IMG/VR virus record: IMGVR_UViG_3300014204_000113
Coordinates: 96,001-160,000 of that record
Origin: a virus
Lineage: Duplodnaviria > Caudoviricetes
Strand: one strand, 5' to 3'
Length of the DNA: 64,000 nucleotides
The notes under the pieces: model-generated
Told to the model about the DNA's origin: nothing
Seen by the model: the letters and a program-made list of their open reading frames with translations, nothing else
The model's database searches: none
In this document: piece after piece, positions 10,128 through 19,310 of the stretch
How the letters are laid out: every line of letters begins with the position of its first letter
Position numbering within the stretch: position 1 is the first letter of the stretch
Program-made: the position numbers and the translations under genes

Positions 10128-10713
10128 ACAGAAACGTGGACGTTTTCAACAATTACAATCTGATAAAAAAGAAACCGAATTGAATATTTTCACTCTAGAA
10201 GAAGAAAGAAACCGAATTGAAAAGTCAAGAAACATAATAAACATAGTCGCCAAACAGACTCAAGAACAGTTTTCTTTGAAAATATCAGACTTGGTAAGTT
10301 CTGCCTTAGAATCAGTTTTTGATAATCCATACACTTTCCACGCAGAATTTATAAATCGTCGCAACAGGACTGAATGTGATTTATATTTTATGAGAGACGG
10401 TTATAGAAGAAGTCCTATGGATGCTTCTGGTGGGGGTGTAGTAAACGTGGCTTCATCGGCATTAAGAATTGGATTATTGATGTTATCCAGATATAGGAAA
10501 GTTTTGATTTTAGACGAACCAACAAAAGATTTGCATAGCAAGAAGTTGAAAAAAAGAATGTCTAATTTTTTAAAAGAAGTAACAAAAAAGGCGGGGATTC
10601 AGCTTTTGGTATTTTCAGGCGATGAAGATGCAGAACTGATTTCTGGTGCAAATAAAGTATTTGTAGTTACACAAGAAGATGGCATATCCAATGTTGAGGA
10701 AATGGAAATATAA
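10078..10713 (+). CDS. SbcC/Rad50-like ATPase, C-terminal half (ABC signature, Walker B)
   Basis: N-terminal coiled coil, ASGGG signature, LILDEP Walker B. Confidence 0.85.
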   Translation: MTLGIEMDLENLKIQIEQKRGRFQQLQSDKKETELNIFTLEEERNRIEKSRNIINIVAKQTQEQFSLKISDLVSSALESVFDNPYTFHAEFINRRNRTECDLYFMRDGYRRSPMDASGGGVVNVASSALRIGLLMLSRYRKVLILDEPTKDLHSKKLKKRMSNFLKEVTKKAGIQLLVFSGDEDAELISGANKVFVVTQEDGISNVEEMEI

Positions 10714-11161
10714 AAAAGGAGGAACAATTATGAATCAAGTGGATTGGTCTGAGGAATGGGAAAAAGAAGTTCAATATCGACATTTCTACAATCGTAAGGC
10801 AGAAAGACCTAAAGGAGCAATAACATTTGCCTATCTTGTTGACAAAGAAAATAGGCAGATGCAGTTGGGTATTTCCTTTTGCAGCAAGAAGGATTATTTC
10901 AGCAAGAAGACTGGCAGAATTGGCTCTAAGACTTGTGAAGGCGCTTTGGCTCGTCTAAAAAGAGAACCGTTGATTATTGATATGGTTTATCTTGGTGACA
11001 AACCATTAATTAAAAGAACATTAAATGATTTGGTCGGATGGATTTTTAGTTCTTATAATCCTAGAATCAAATGGTTTCTTGTGAAATTAAACAATAATCC
11101 TTCTTGGTTTGCTTCTGTTCCAGAAGAAGATACCCCCTTTGATTGGTGGGATTGGAATTAA
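10679..11161 (+). CDS. Phage hypothetical protein (likely start at ATG 10730)
   Basis: AGGAGG RBS before MNQVDW; GISFCSKKDYFSKKTGR motif. Confidence 0.6.
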   Translation: MAYPMLRKWKYKKGGTIMNQVDWSEEWEKEVQYRHFYNRKAERPKGAITFAYLVDKENRQMQLGISFCSKKDYFSKKTGRIGSKTCEGALARLKREPLIIDMVYLGDKPLIKRTLNDLVGWIFSSYNPRIKWFLVKLNNNPSWFASVPEEDTPFDWWDWN

Positions 11162-12466
11162 ATGTCTAAGTTTAATATATACAATTATCTTTTAGAAGAT
11201 AGTAAAGGGCCTTATGGGATCACTTTGCGTCAAAAGAAAACCAGAAGTGGTCATCCAAGGAGGTTGATTTATCGCCCAGACAAGATAGAAAGAATGAATT
11301 GGAACGGAGGCGCTTTGTTTCATACCGTCCCGACCCGTTGGCATCCAAGAACATTTGAAGAAGAATTTTTGCGTTATATTAGAAGGACTAAACAAACAAG
11401 GGTTATGAAAAAGAGTGGGGATAGAAATTTATCTAAAGAACAACAAGATTATATTGGTAGAAATTTCAATGTGATGATCAAAAAATGTTTAGAGTATGCA
11501 GATATGGATTTCTTGCATACTGTTTACAGATTTCATTTTTCATTAAGAAAAGATTTGTATTATGCTATTTGTAAATATGGAATAAGAGCAAGACAATTAA
11601 TGGAATCGTTTCCATATCTTGCAATACGAATTTATACTGGTATTTATAAAGATGAAGCAAGAATTTGTGATGTTGAAAATGGGTTGAAATTAAAAAATAT
11701 TTCTGATGAGATGCAAATTCCATTGATATTAAAGAAATTAAAACCGCAATCTGCTTTTTTCTATCATTACAGAAATGGAAATTCAATGGATTTGATTTCT
11801 ATGTTATCAAATAAAACTTGGGAACAATTAAAACAAATTGTATCATTACAAGCGAGTGGCGGGGCTTCTATAGAATTCAAGAAGTGGTGCATCAAAAATG
11901 TAAATAATTTTACTGGTGTTGAAAATCTTAGAAATAGAATTCAAGATTTTGCTGATTGGTCAAGAACTATTGATTTTAATCAAAATATGTCGTTTAGGAG
12001 GGTTGAACAACTATCTAATGAATGGCATAGAGGTGGTGGAAGAGGGAGAAATTATACTTGGAATCCAGATGTGGAAGAAGATTTTTCCGTGAAATCTTGG
12101 TTTGATGAAACTATTATAGATGGATACAAATTCACTCCATTGGTTAGTAGGGAAGATTTAGTAAATGAAAGCGCAGAAATGGGACATTGCGTTGCAACCT
12201 ATTGTAAAAAAGTTAGAGATGGCAGGTCTGGTATTTTTTCTGTGAGTAATGGCAAAAAATTAGCAACTTTGGAATTAATTAAAGAAACAAAATGGTCTGA
12301 TGAGGGTTTTACTCCAGAATTAACTGGCAGTGTGAGATTAAATCAATTAAGAGGGCCAAAAAATATTGATGTAGAAAATGAAGTTAAAATGGCAACGTAT
12401 AAATTTATAGGAATAATAAATAGCCATAATGAATTTAACGATTACAAAAAAGAAGCATTTGGATAG
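11162..12466 (+). CDS. PcfJ-like domain protein
   Basis: C-terminal ESAEMGHCVATY...LATLEL...NQLRGPKN pattern of PcfJ-family proteins. Confidence 0.75.
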   Translation: MSKFNIYNYLLEDSKGPYGITLRQKKTRSGHPRRLIYRPDKIERMNWNGGALFHTVPTRWHPRTFEEEFLRYIRRTKQTRVMKKSGDRNLSKEQQDYIGRNFNVMIKKCLEYADMDFLHTVYRFHFSLRKDLYYAICKYGIRARQLMESFPYLAIRIYTGIYKDEARICDVENGLKLKNISDEMQIPLILKKLKPQSAFFYHYRNGNSMDLISMLSNKTWEQLKQIVSLQASGGASIEFKKWCIKNVNNFTGVENLRNRIQDFADWSRTIDFNQNMSFRRVEQLSNEWHRGGGRGRNYTWNPDVEEDFSVKSWFDETIIDGYKFTPLVSREDLVNESAEMGHCVATYCKKVRDGRSGIFSVSNGKKLATLELIKETKWSDEGFTPELTGSVRLNQLRGPKNIDVENEVKMATYKFIGIINSHNEFNDYKKEAFG

Positions 12467-12600
12467 GAGAAAAATATGATTAATAAAGAACCAAATTATA
12501 TCAAATGGTGTACTTTACCAAGAAATTACATTGTTGATGGTGATGTAGTTATAGGACAATGTGGCAGAAAATTAACTCAAAGTATGTTAAACAGAAATGA

Positions 12601-12843
12601 GTCAACCACCCTATAACTATTAAAAAGTTATGAACTTTAAGTTCGAGGTTGACCAGACTCAGCCAGAGTCGTAAGACTATCGGGCTACGTTAATTGAATC
12701 ATGACACCTTGGGATGCGCGCCAGTCCCATGCTCTGTCGGCCAACATTAAACAGACATACAGGGTTGAAGTCAGTGTGTTGGTTGTAAAAAGTTCAATTA
12801 ACTTTGTCGAGGCACACATCACCCTAGAAATAGGAGGCTCATT
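12601..12843 (+). ncRNA. omegaRNA (HEARO-like) scaffold associated with IscB
   Basis: GTCAACCACCC...GTTGACCAGACTCAG...CTACGTT...ACACCTTGGGATGC...CCAGTCCCA.GCTCTG...TTGTCGAGGC motifs directly upstream of iscB. Confidence 0.8.
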
Positions 12844-14121
12844 TTGAGCAAGGTATTTGTTTTAGATACTAATAAAAGACCGTTAAATATGGTTCATCCA
12901 GGAAGAGCAAGAAAATTGCTTTCTTCTAGTCAAGCTGCAATATTTAAAAGATATCCATTTACGATTATTTTGAAGAAAGAAGTTGGTGGTCCAATTAATC
13001 TGTTGAGGATTAAAATTGACCCAGGGAGTAGATTCACGGGGTTAGCATTGGTTGAAAATAAAGAAGTGGTCTTTGCTGCTGAAATTGAACATAGAGGACA
13101 TAGAGTTAAGAAGTTGTTAGACTCAAAGAGAGTGAATCGCAAAAACCGTAGAAGGAGAAAGACTAGATATCGCCAAGCAAGATTTTTAAATAGGAGGAAA
13201 CCAAAAGGTTGGATTCCACCGTCTTTAGAAAGCAGAGTTCAAAACATCAAAACTTGGGTAAGTCGTTTAAGCAGATTGGCACTAATAGATTCAATTTCTT
13301 TAGAATTAGTTAAATTTGATTTACAAAAACTACAAAATCCAGAAATTTCTGGCGTTGAATATCAACAAGGAGAATTATTTGGTTACGAAGTTAGAGAATA
13401 TTTGTTAGAAAAATGGGGAAGAAAATGTGTCTATTGTGGATGTATAGATAAACCGTTGCAAATAGAGCACATAATTCCAAAATCTCGTGGCGGTTCAAAT
13501 AGAATATCAAATTTAACCTTAGCTTGTGAAAAATGTAACCAAAAGAAGGGTAATCTTACCGCAGAAGAATTTGGTTTTCCTGATATTCAGAAACAAACGA
13601 AGAAATCACTAAGAGATGCGACAATAGTCAATGTGACAAGATGGAGATTATTTAACTTGTTGAAAAAATTTAATCTTCCATTAGAAATTGGAAGTGGAGG
13701 AAAAACCAAATTTAATAGGACTAATCAAAATTATCCTAAAACACATTGGATAGATGCTGCTTGTGTAGGAAAGTCTGGAGAGGAAATTAAAATGCCTTCT
13801 TGGATAAAACCTTTACATATCAAAGCGTTTGGTCACGGTTCTCGTCAAAAATGTAGGACGGATAAATATGGTTTTCCTAAATCTTATGTTTCTAAAGAGA
13901 AGTATTTTATGGGGTATCAAACTGGCGATATAGTAAAAGCAAATATTTTAAAAGGGAAATATAAAGGTTATTATATCGGAAGAATCGCTATTAGACACCA
14001 ACCTAAATTCAGTTTGAATGGATTTAATGTTCATCCAAAATATTTAAAAATTATACAACATAACGATGGATATGGATATGGAATATTTGCTTTTTTGTTG
14101 AAAAGAATGAACAATGATTAA
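12844..14121 (+). CDS. iscB: IscB RNA-guided endonuclease (IS200/IS605 family; RRXRR, split RuvC, HNH)
   Basis: VFVLD..RPLNM (PLMP domain), IDPGSRFTG (RuvC-I), Arg-rich bridge helix, LELVKFD (RuvC-II), CVYC..EHIIPKSRGGSNRISNL..ACEKCN (HNH), HWIDAAC (RuvC-III). Confidence 0.92.
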   Translation: MSKVFVLDTNKRPLNMVHPGRARKLLSSSQAAIFKRYPFTIILKKEVGGPINLLRIKIDPGSRFTGLALVENKEVVFAAEIEHRGHRVKKLLDSKRVNRKNRRRRKTRYRQARFLNRRKPKGWIPPSLESRVQNIKTWVSRLSRLALIDSISLELVKFDLQKLQNPEISGVEYQQGELFGYEVREYLLEKWGRKCVYCGCIDKPLQIEHIIPKSRGGSNRISNLTLACEKCNQKKGNLTAEEFGFPDIQKQTKKSLRDATIVNVTRWRLFNLLKKFNLPLEIGSGGKTKFNRTNQNYPKTHWIDAACVGKSGEEIKMPSWIKPLHIKAFGHGSRQKCRTDKYGFPKSYVSKEKYFMGYQTGDIVKANILKGKYKGYYIGRIAIRHQPKFSLNGFNVHPKYLKIIQHNDGYGYGIFAFLLKRMNND

Positions 14122-14677
14122 AATTGGTATGGATTTTGATGGGGTTGTCGCATCTACAAATGAACTTCTTTGTGATTTAATTTATGAAATTCTCGGAATG
14201 AAAGTAAAAACAGAGGATTTTACAGAATATGGGATTGATAAGTGTTTAAATCTGTCTCAAAAACAATGCCAAGAAATAATAAATGAATTAGGAACTGTTG
14301 AACAAACATGTAGATTAGAACCGATGTTTGGAGCAATAGAATTTCTTCAAGATTGGCATAAAATAGGACATGATATTCATATTATAACCACAAGAAAAAA
14401 TGAAGAGCCATTGCATCTATTCTTTGAAAAATATTTACCAAATATTTGCGTCAATATTCATTCTGCAAATCCAAAAACAGAATCGATAAAGAAATTAAAA
14501 ATTACACATTTCATCGATGACCATCCTGAAATTGTGCTGCAATTAGCAAACGAGGGAATTTGTCCCATAATCTATTCTCATCCATATAATTTAAATTTAG
14601 GAAGAAGATTGGAAAAACTTGTATTGAGAGTTTTTAGTTGGGACGATATGAGGAGAAATTTCATTGAAGGAAAATAA
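14114..14677 (+). CDS. HAD-superfamily 5'(3')-deoxyribonucleotidase-like protein
   Basis: IGMDFDGVV (motif I), ITTR, FIDDHP, PYN. Confidence 0.8.
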   Translation: MIKIGMDFDGVVASTNELLCDLIYEILGMKVKTEDFTEYGIDKCLNLSQKQCQEIINELGTVEQTCRLEPMFGAIEFLQDWHKIGHDIHIITTRKNEEPLHLFFEKYLPNICVNIHSANPKTESIKKLKITHFIDDHPEIVLQLANEGICPIIYSHPYNLNLGRRLEKLVLRVFSWDDMRRNFIEGK

Positions 14678-14979
14678 AAAAGAGATTAAATGTCCAATTT
14701 GCACTGGTCCAATGAAATATAAAGGAAAAATTGATGATGTTGGAAAAAGAAAATTGTGGCAATGCCCCTTTTGTAAAAATGTTGAGATAATTTATGAATG
14801 AATTAATCAAAGGGTAATTATGTTTAAAAAACAATACATAAAAGATGAAAATTGTAAACATACATTTCTTCGTTGTATGGATGGAAAATTTACTTGTGAA
14901 AAATGTGGTATTAGATGGTCTAATGAACAGTTAATTGAATGGGAAAGACAGGGTTGGCCCACTATTTTAAAGGAGAATC

Positions 14980-15426
14980 ATGCCTAAGAAAACCGATTTA
15001 GAGAATATCAATGAAGAAAATTTAGATAAACCTAAAAAAGAAAACTATACAACAGAAGAACAATTTAAATTGTTTAAAACAGAATGCAAAAAATGGATAA
15101 AAGAATTTGGTCTTATTGGGTGGGATATAGCTTTTAAACACGATGGAGAAGAAAATGACAGGGGTTGGCTAGGGTGGTGCAGCACAAATTGTGTAGGTAG
15201 AAGCACCACAATAGGTCTTTGTAAAGATTGGGGGAAAACAGAAACTAATGATTATGAAGTCAAAAGAACAGCATTTCACGAAGTGTGTGAGTTGTTGATG
15301 AGCAGATTTGATACAATAGCTAGAACTAGAATTATTGGACCAGATGAAATTGATGAAGAAAGACATTCCATTATTAGAACTATGGAAAATGTAATCTGGG
15401 TAAAAGAACAAGTTGATGAAAGATAA
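14980..15426 (+). CDS. Hypothetical protein with HExxE/H-like motif (possible zincin fold)
   Basis: TAFHEVCELL; AAGGAG RBS. Confidence 0.55.
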   Translation: MPKKTDLENINEENLDKPKKENYTTEEQFKLFKTECKKWIKEFGLIGWDIAFKHDGEENDRGWLGWCSTNCVGRSTTIGLCKDWGKTETNDYEVKRTAFHEVCELLMSRFDTIARTRIIGPDEIDEERHSIIRTMENVIWVKEQVDER

Positions 15427-15444
15427 ATTAAGGAAAAATTTAAA

Positions 15445-15651
15445 ATGATGCCTTGGAATACATCAATATTTGAAGAATGGTCAATTATCGGCATGAACCA
15501 TTATGGACAAGGGACTTTGCGCTATCTTTTTGTGGCTATGGGTCATCCAAGTGGTGTATTTATTAAAGCAGAAGGGCCGGATGAAGATCAAGTTTTTGAA
15601 GTCTTAGCCAAACAAGTAAGGCAATTAGCTTGTTTTACAAATAAGGGTTAA
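15445..15651 (+). CDS. Hypothetical protein
   Basis: Short ORF with AAGGA RBS. Confidence 0.55.
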   Translation: MMPWNTSIFEEWSIIGMNHYGQGTLRYLFVAMGHPSGVFIKAEGPDEDQVFEVLAKQVRQLACFTNKG

Positions 15652-15670
15652 TATAAATTCTTTGAGCAGA

Positions 15671-15700
15671 CTTACAATTAATTTAGTCTTATGTTATAAT
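15671..15700 (+). promoter_or_regulatory. Extended -10 sigma70-like promoter for the sugar cluster
   Basis: TGnTATAAT at 15692-15700 with CTTACA upstream, just before the epimerase RBS. Confidence 0.55.
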
Positions 15701-15721
15701 AAATAAAGAGGGAGAAAATTT

Positions 15722-16660
15722 ATGAATATATTGGTGACTGGCGGGGCCGGATTTTTAGGAAGTTTCCTTGTTGGGAAATTATTAGACAAAGGGTATGAAA
15801 TAACTGTTATTGACAACCTGATGTATAACCAATCATCGCTGTTACAATATTGTAATAACCCAAATTTTAAATTTGTTTGGGGCGATGTTAGAAACATAGA
15901 TTTGGTAAGCACATATATTGATAGATGTGATTTTTTTCTTCCTTTAGCCAGCATTGTTGGAGCGCCAAGTTGTTCAAGAGACCCATTATCCTCTTGTGTG
16001 GATACTGCAATAACCCAATATAATTTATACGGGAAAAGTACAATTTATCCAATGACCAACAGCGGTTATGGGTGTAAAAGTGGCGAGATTCATTGCACAG
16101 AAGAAACTCCTTTACAGCCTATATCAGAATATGGTTTACAAAAAGTTGAAGTGGAAAAATATTTATTTGATCACAATCTAAACACAATTTCTTTGCGTCT
16201 TGCTACTGTATTTGGAGTAAGTCCAAGAATGAGAACTGACCTTTTGGTTAATTACACTGTCAATGAATGCGTTACTAAAAAAGTAATCTTATTACCAGAA
16301 GATGTTATGAACAATAATCGAAACTTTGTTCATGTTTTGGATGTGGCAGATTGTTTTATTCATTGTATAAATAATTTTGATGATATGAAAGGACAACCAT
16401 ATAATTTAGGAAATGATAATTTGAATATGACACTAGGAGAAATGACATATCAAATTGCTGAAAATTTAGGAAGTGAAGTAGTTATTTCTCACCATTACAA
16501 AGACCAAGACAAAAGGAATTATGTAGTCAGTAATGAGAAATTAAGAAAGGCAGGATTTGAAGCTAAACGAACTATTTTAGAAGAATTGCCAAACTTAATT
16601 GAAGTGTGTTGTATGATCCAAATGATGAATTATGGGAGAAATCAATTTAAAAATGCTTAA
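15722..16660 (+). CDS. NAD-dependent epimerase/dehydratase (extended SDR)
   Basis: TGGAGFLGS Rossmann motif, YGLQK catalytic YxxxK, LRLATVFG. Confidence 0.9.
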   Translation: MNILVTGGAGFLGSFLVGKLLDKGYEITVIDNLMYNQSSLLQYCNNPNFKFVWGDVRNIDLVSTYIDRCDFFLPLASIVGAPSCSRDPLSSCVDTAITQYNLYGKSTIYPMTNSGYGCKSGEIHCTEETPLQPISEYGLQKVEVEKYLFDHNLNTISLRLATVFGVSPRMRTDLLVNYTVNECVTKKVILLPEDVMNNNRNFVHVLDVADCFIHCINNFDDMKGQPYNLGNDNLNMTLGEMTYQIAENLGSEVVISHHYKDQDKRNYVVSNEKLRKAGFEAKRTILEELPNLIEVCCMIQMMNYGRNQFKNA

Positions 16661-16765
16661 TGTGGTGTGGTAAGGTGCGGTTGGGTGAGGTATGGTATGG
16701 TCAGGTATGGTCTGGTAAGGTTAGGTGGGGTCGTGTAGGGTGAGGTTTGGTAAGGTATGGTAAGG
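16661..16765 (+). repeat. Array A1: 21 pentamer units of constant GGT plus variable NN (candidate guide RNA)
   Basis: TGTGG TGTGG TAAGG TGCGG TTGGG TGAGG TATGG TATGG TCAGG TATGG TCTGG TAAGG TTAGG TGGGG TCGTG TAGGG TGAGG TTTGG TAAGG TATGG TAAGG. Confidence 0.95.
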
Positions 16766-16770
16766 GTTTG

Positions 16771-16810
16771 GTTGTCATTTTCCAATTAAATCTTATTGGA
16801 AAATGACAAC
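16771..16810 (+). terminator. 16-bp hairpin closing array A1
   Basis: GTTGTCATTTTCCAAT / ATTGGAAAATGACAAC perfect inverted repeat, then AATTTT. Confidence 0.75.
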
Positions 16811-16839
16811 AATTTTGAATATAAAAACTGAATTTAGGA

Positions 16840-17544
16840 ATGCTTAATATGCAAATACCAAATACATTAATTCTTTGTGGTGGTCTTGGTGAAAGACTAA
16901 GACCTCTTACTGATAATCATCAGAAATGTATGTTGCCAGTACAAGGAAGACCATTTCTTGAATATACAGTAGATAAAATTAAACAGTTAGAATTAAACCC
17001 ACCAATTTTCTGTTGTGGACACAAGGTTGATGAAGTAATCAACCATTTTGGAAAAGATACAAATGGATATAAATTTTCATATCGTGCTGATATAAATACT
17101 GGTGCAAGGATTAAAGAAGCATTATCTTTAATTCATTCAGAACATTTCATTGTCTTTAATGGAGATTCATATTGCAATATAGATTATAATTACTTTTGGT
17201 ATATATATAAGGAATTTGTTAATCTTAATGATGATTGTTGTAAAATATTGGTACATAAAAAGAATTCATTATTAGCTTCATATATTCAAACTTCTATATA
17301 TGGTTCTTATGGTGCTGGTATTTATTTTTTTAAGAAATCTTATATAGAAAGTTTAGAATGGAATAATAACCTTTCTATAGAAGATGACATCATACCAAAT
17401 TGCAAGAAGATTTATACTTGTGATACTCCAGAAGAATTTTTTGTAATTGATATTGGGACTAAAGAAAATTATGAGATAGTGAATGATAAGGAGAATAAAT
17501 ATGGAAGGTTTCTTGCCGACGCAAATAAACGGATTGTTAAGTAA
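16840..17544 (+). CDS. Sugar-1-phosphate nucleotidyltransferase (HddC-like)
   Basis: LCGGLGERLRPLT...KCM, NGDS, DIGT motifs. Confidence 0.85.
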   Translation: MLNMQIPNTLILCGGLGERLRPLTDNHQKCMLPVQGRPFLEYTVDKIKQLELNPPIFCCGHKVDEVINHFGKDTNGYKFSYRADINTGARIKEALSLIHSEHFIVFNGDSYCNIDYNYFWYIYKEFVNLNDDCCKILVHKKNSLLASYIQTSIYGSYGAGIYFFKKSYIESLEWNNNLSIEDDIIPNCKKIYTCDTPEEFFVIDIGTKENYEIVNDKENKYGRFLADANKRIVK

Positions 17545-18004
17545 GCCACTAAAAGTGATTCCAGATTTTAGAGGAGAATTTCAAAAAATTAGTTTAAACA
17601 GTCCTTTTGTAGAACAAGATATTGCCACCTCAGTTAATGGAGTTTTGAGAGGATTGCATTATGTAACACAAGGCTATAGAATTTTCACCCCTGTCTTTGG
17701 AAAATTATACTGTGTATTCTTAGATGTTCGGGAGGAGTCCGAAACGCAATATGATTGGTTCCCAATAACAATAAACGATAGCAACAGACAAAGTTTTTTG
17801 ATTTCTCCTTATGTAGCTTGTGGCTATCTAGTACTTTCTAAGACTGCTGTTGTAAATTATGAACTCGAATTCAAATACGATGAATCTAAACAAAGAACGA
17901 TACGTTTTGATGATGAAAGATTTGATATATATTGGCCGGGGAATAAAAAGAATTACATACTTTCAGAGCGTGATTATTTTGTAGATGAAAAGAGGATAAG
18001 GTAA
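17483..18004 (+). CDS. NDP-4-keto-sugar 3,5-epimerase (RmlC-like cupin)
   Basis: DFRGEF, GVLRGLHY, LDVREES motifs. Confidence 0.85.
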   Translation: MIRRINMEGFLPTQINGLLSKPLKVIPDFRGEFQKISLNSPFVEQDIATSVNGVLRGLHYVTQGYRIFTPVFGKLYCVFLDVREESETQYDWFPITINDSNRQSFLISPYVACGYLVLSKTAVVNYELEFKYDESKQRTIRFDDERFDIYWPGNKKNYILSERDYFVDEKRIR

Positions 18005-18008
18005 AAAG

Positions 18009-18329
18009 ATGTCATGTTATGATTGTGGGTTGCCTTATGAAGAAATGCATGATTTTTTAATTCCAAGAGAAATCTGGATTAAAATATCTCCTACTGAGAA
18101 TGACGGAAGTATCTTATGTGCTAATTGTATTGTAAAAAGACTTGAAAAAGGAGGTTTTAAAGATATTCCTGGGGCTTATATGTCTGGCCCAATAAAATCT
18201 GTTTCAGAAGAAACAATGGATATGATTTTACAATTAGAAACAATAAAAAGACAATTTAAAAGATTGTATTCCATGAACAATTTGAAAGGGGCTTTAATGT
18301 ACAGTGTAGAAGAGGAAGCAGTCAAATGA
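18009..18329 (+). CDS. Hypothetical Cys-motif protein
   Basis: CYDC...LCANC motifs. Confidence 0.6.
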   Translation: MSCYDCGLPYEEMHDFLIPREIWIKISPTENDGSILCANCIVKRLEKGGFKDIPGAYMSGPIKSVSEETMDMILQLETIKRQFKRLYSMNNLKGALMYSVEEEAVK

Positions 18330-19306
18330 TAATTAGTAGAACTCCTTATCGCATCAGCTTTCTCGGGGGGGGGTCAGATCACGATGGATGGTTTTCTCTT
18401 CATGGTGGTTGCGTTCTATCTACTACAATAAATAAATATTGTTATATATTAACAAAACCCATAATTAACTTTTTTGGCTATAATTATAAAATAGTTTATA
18501 GAAAAATAGAAAATGTAAACACTATTGATGAAATTGAACATACCACAGCAAAAGCATGTCTTAAATTTTCTGGCATTAAGATTCCTCTAGAGGTGCATCA
18601 TAGTGGAGATGCGCCAGCCAGGTCTGGAATGGCCTCTTCAAGTGCTTATGCAGTCGGATTGTTAAATGCTCTATATGCAATGGAAGGAAGATATGTTTCA
18701 AAAGAGCAATTGGCAAAAGATGCTATCTATGTAGAAAGAATTATGTTAGAAGAGACAGGAGGGCTTCAAGACCAAATTGCAGTATCCATGGGGGGTTTTA
18801 ATAAAATAGAATTCCTAAGTAATGGTTTATATCATGTATCACCAATACCTATAAGCGACAAAAGGTTAGAAGAATTTCAAAATCATTTACTTTTGTTTTA
18901 TTTAAATACTCCTAGAACTGCATCTGACATAGCAAAAACTTTTGTTCCAGATATAGATAGTAAACGTAGACAACTTAGGATTTCTCATGCTTTAGTTGAT
19001 GAAGGTATAAATATTTTATGTTCTGAACAAGATATAAGGCTGTTTGGTGAACTATTACATGAATATTGGATGGAGAAAAGATCGCTTAGTTCAGTAGTAT
19101 CTAACAACACAATAGATGAAATTTATCAAAAAGCCTTGGATAATGGCTCTCTTGGTGGTAAACTTTTAGGAGCAGGAGGCGGAGGCTTTCTATTGTTGTT
19201 TGCGGAACCAGATAAACATAATAAAATTATAGAAGGTTTTAGCGACTTGCTTCATGTTCCGTTTAAGTTTGAAAAAACAGGCACAACAATTATCTTTAAA
19301 GGATAA
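18326..19306 (+). CDS. GHMP kinase, D-glycero-D-manno-heptose-7-phosphate kinase (HddA-like)
   Basis: SRTPYRISFLGGGSD, PARSGMASSS, GGLQDQ, GGKLLGAGGGG. Confidence 0.88.
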   Translation: MIISRTPYRISFLGGGSDHDGWFSLHGGCVLSTTINKYCYILTKPIINFFGYNYKIVYRKIENVNTIDEIEHTTAKACLKFSGIKIPLEVHHSGDAPARSGMASSSAYAVGLLNALYAMEGRYVSKEQLAKDAIYVERIMLEETGGLQDQIAVSMGGFNKIEFLSNGLYHVSPIPISDKRLEEFQNHLLLFYLNTPRTASDIAKTFVPDIDSKRRQLRISHALVDEGINILCSEQDIRLFGELLHEYWMEKRSLSSVVSNNTIDEIYQKALDNGSLGGKLLGAGGGGFLLLFAEPDKHNKIIEGFSDLLHVPFKFEKTGTTIIFKG

Positions 19307-19310
19307 TTAA

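Larger units (their letters stand above)
12601..14121 (+). mobile_element. Non-autonomous IS200/IS605-derived IscB-omegaRNA element (no tnpA)
   Basis: omegaRNA plus iscB; interrupts a small ORF starting at ~12476; right end not recognisable. Confidence 0.65.
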
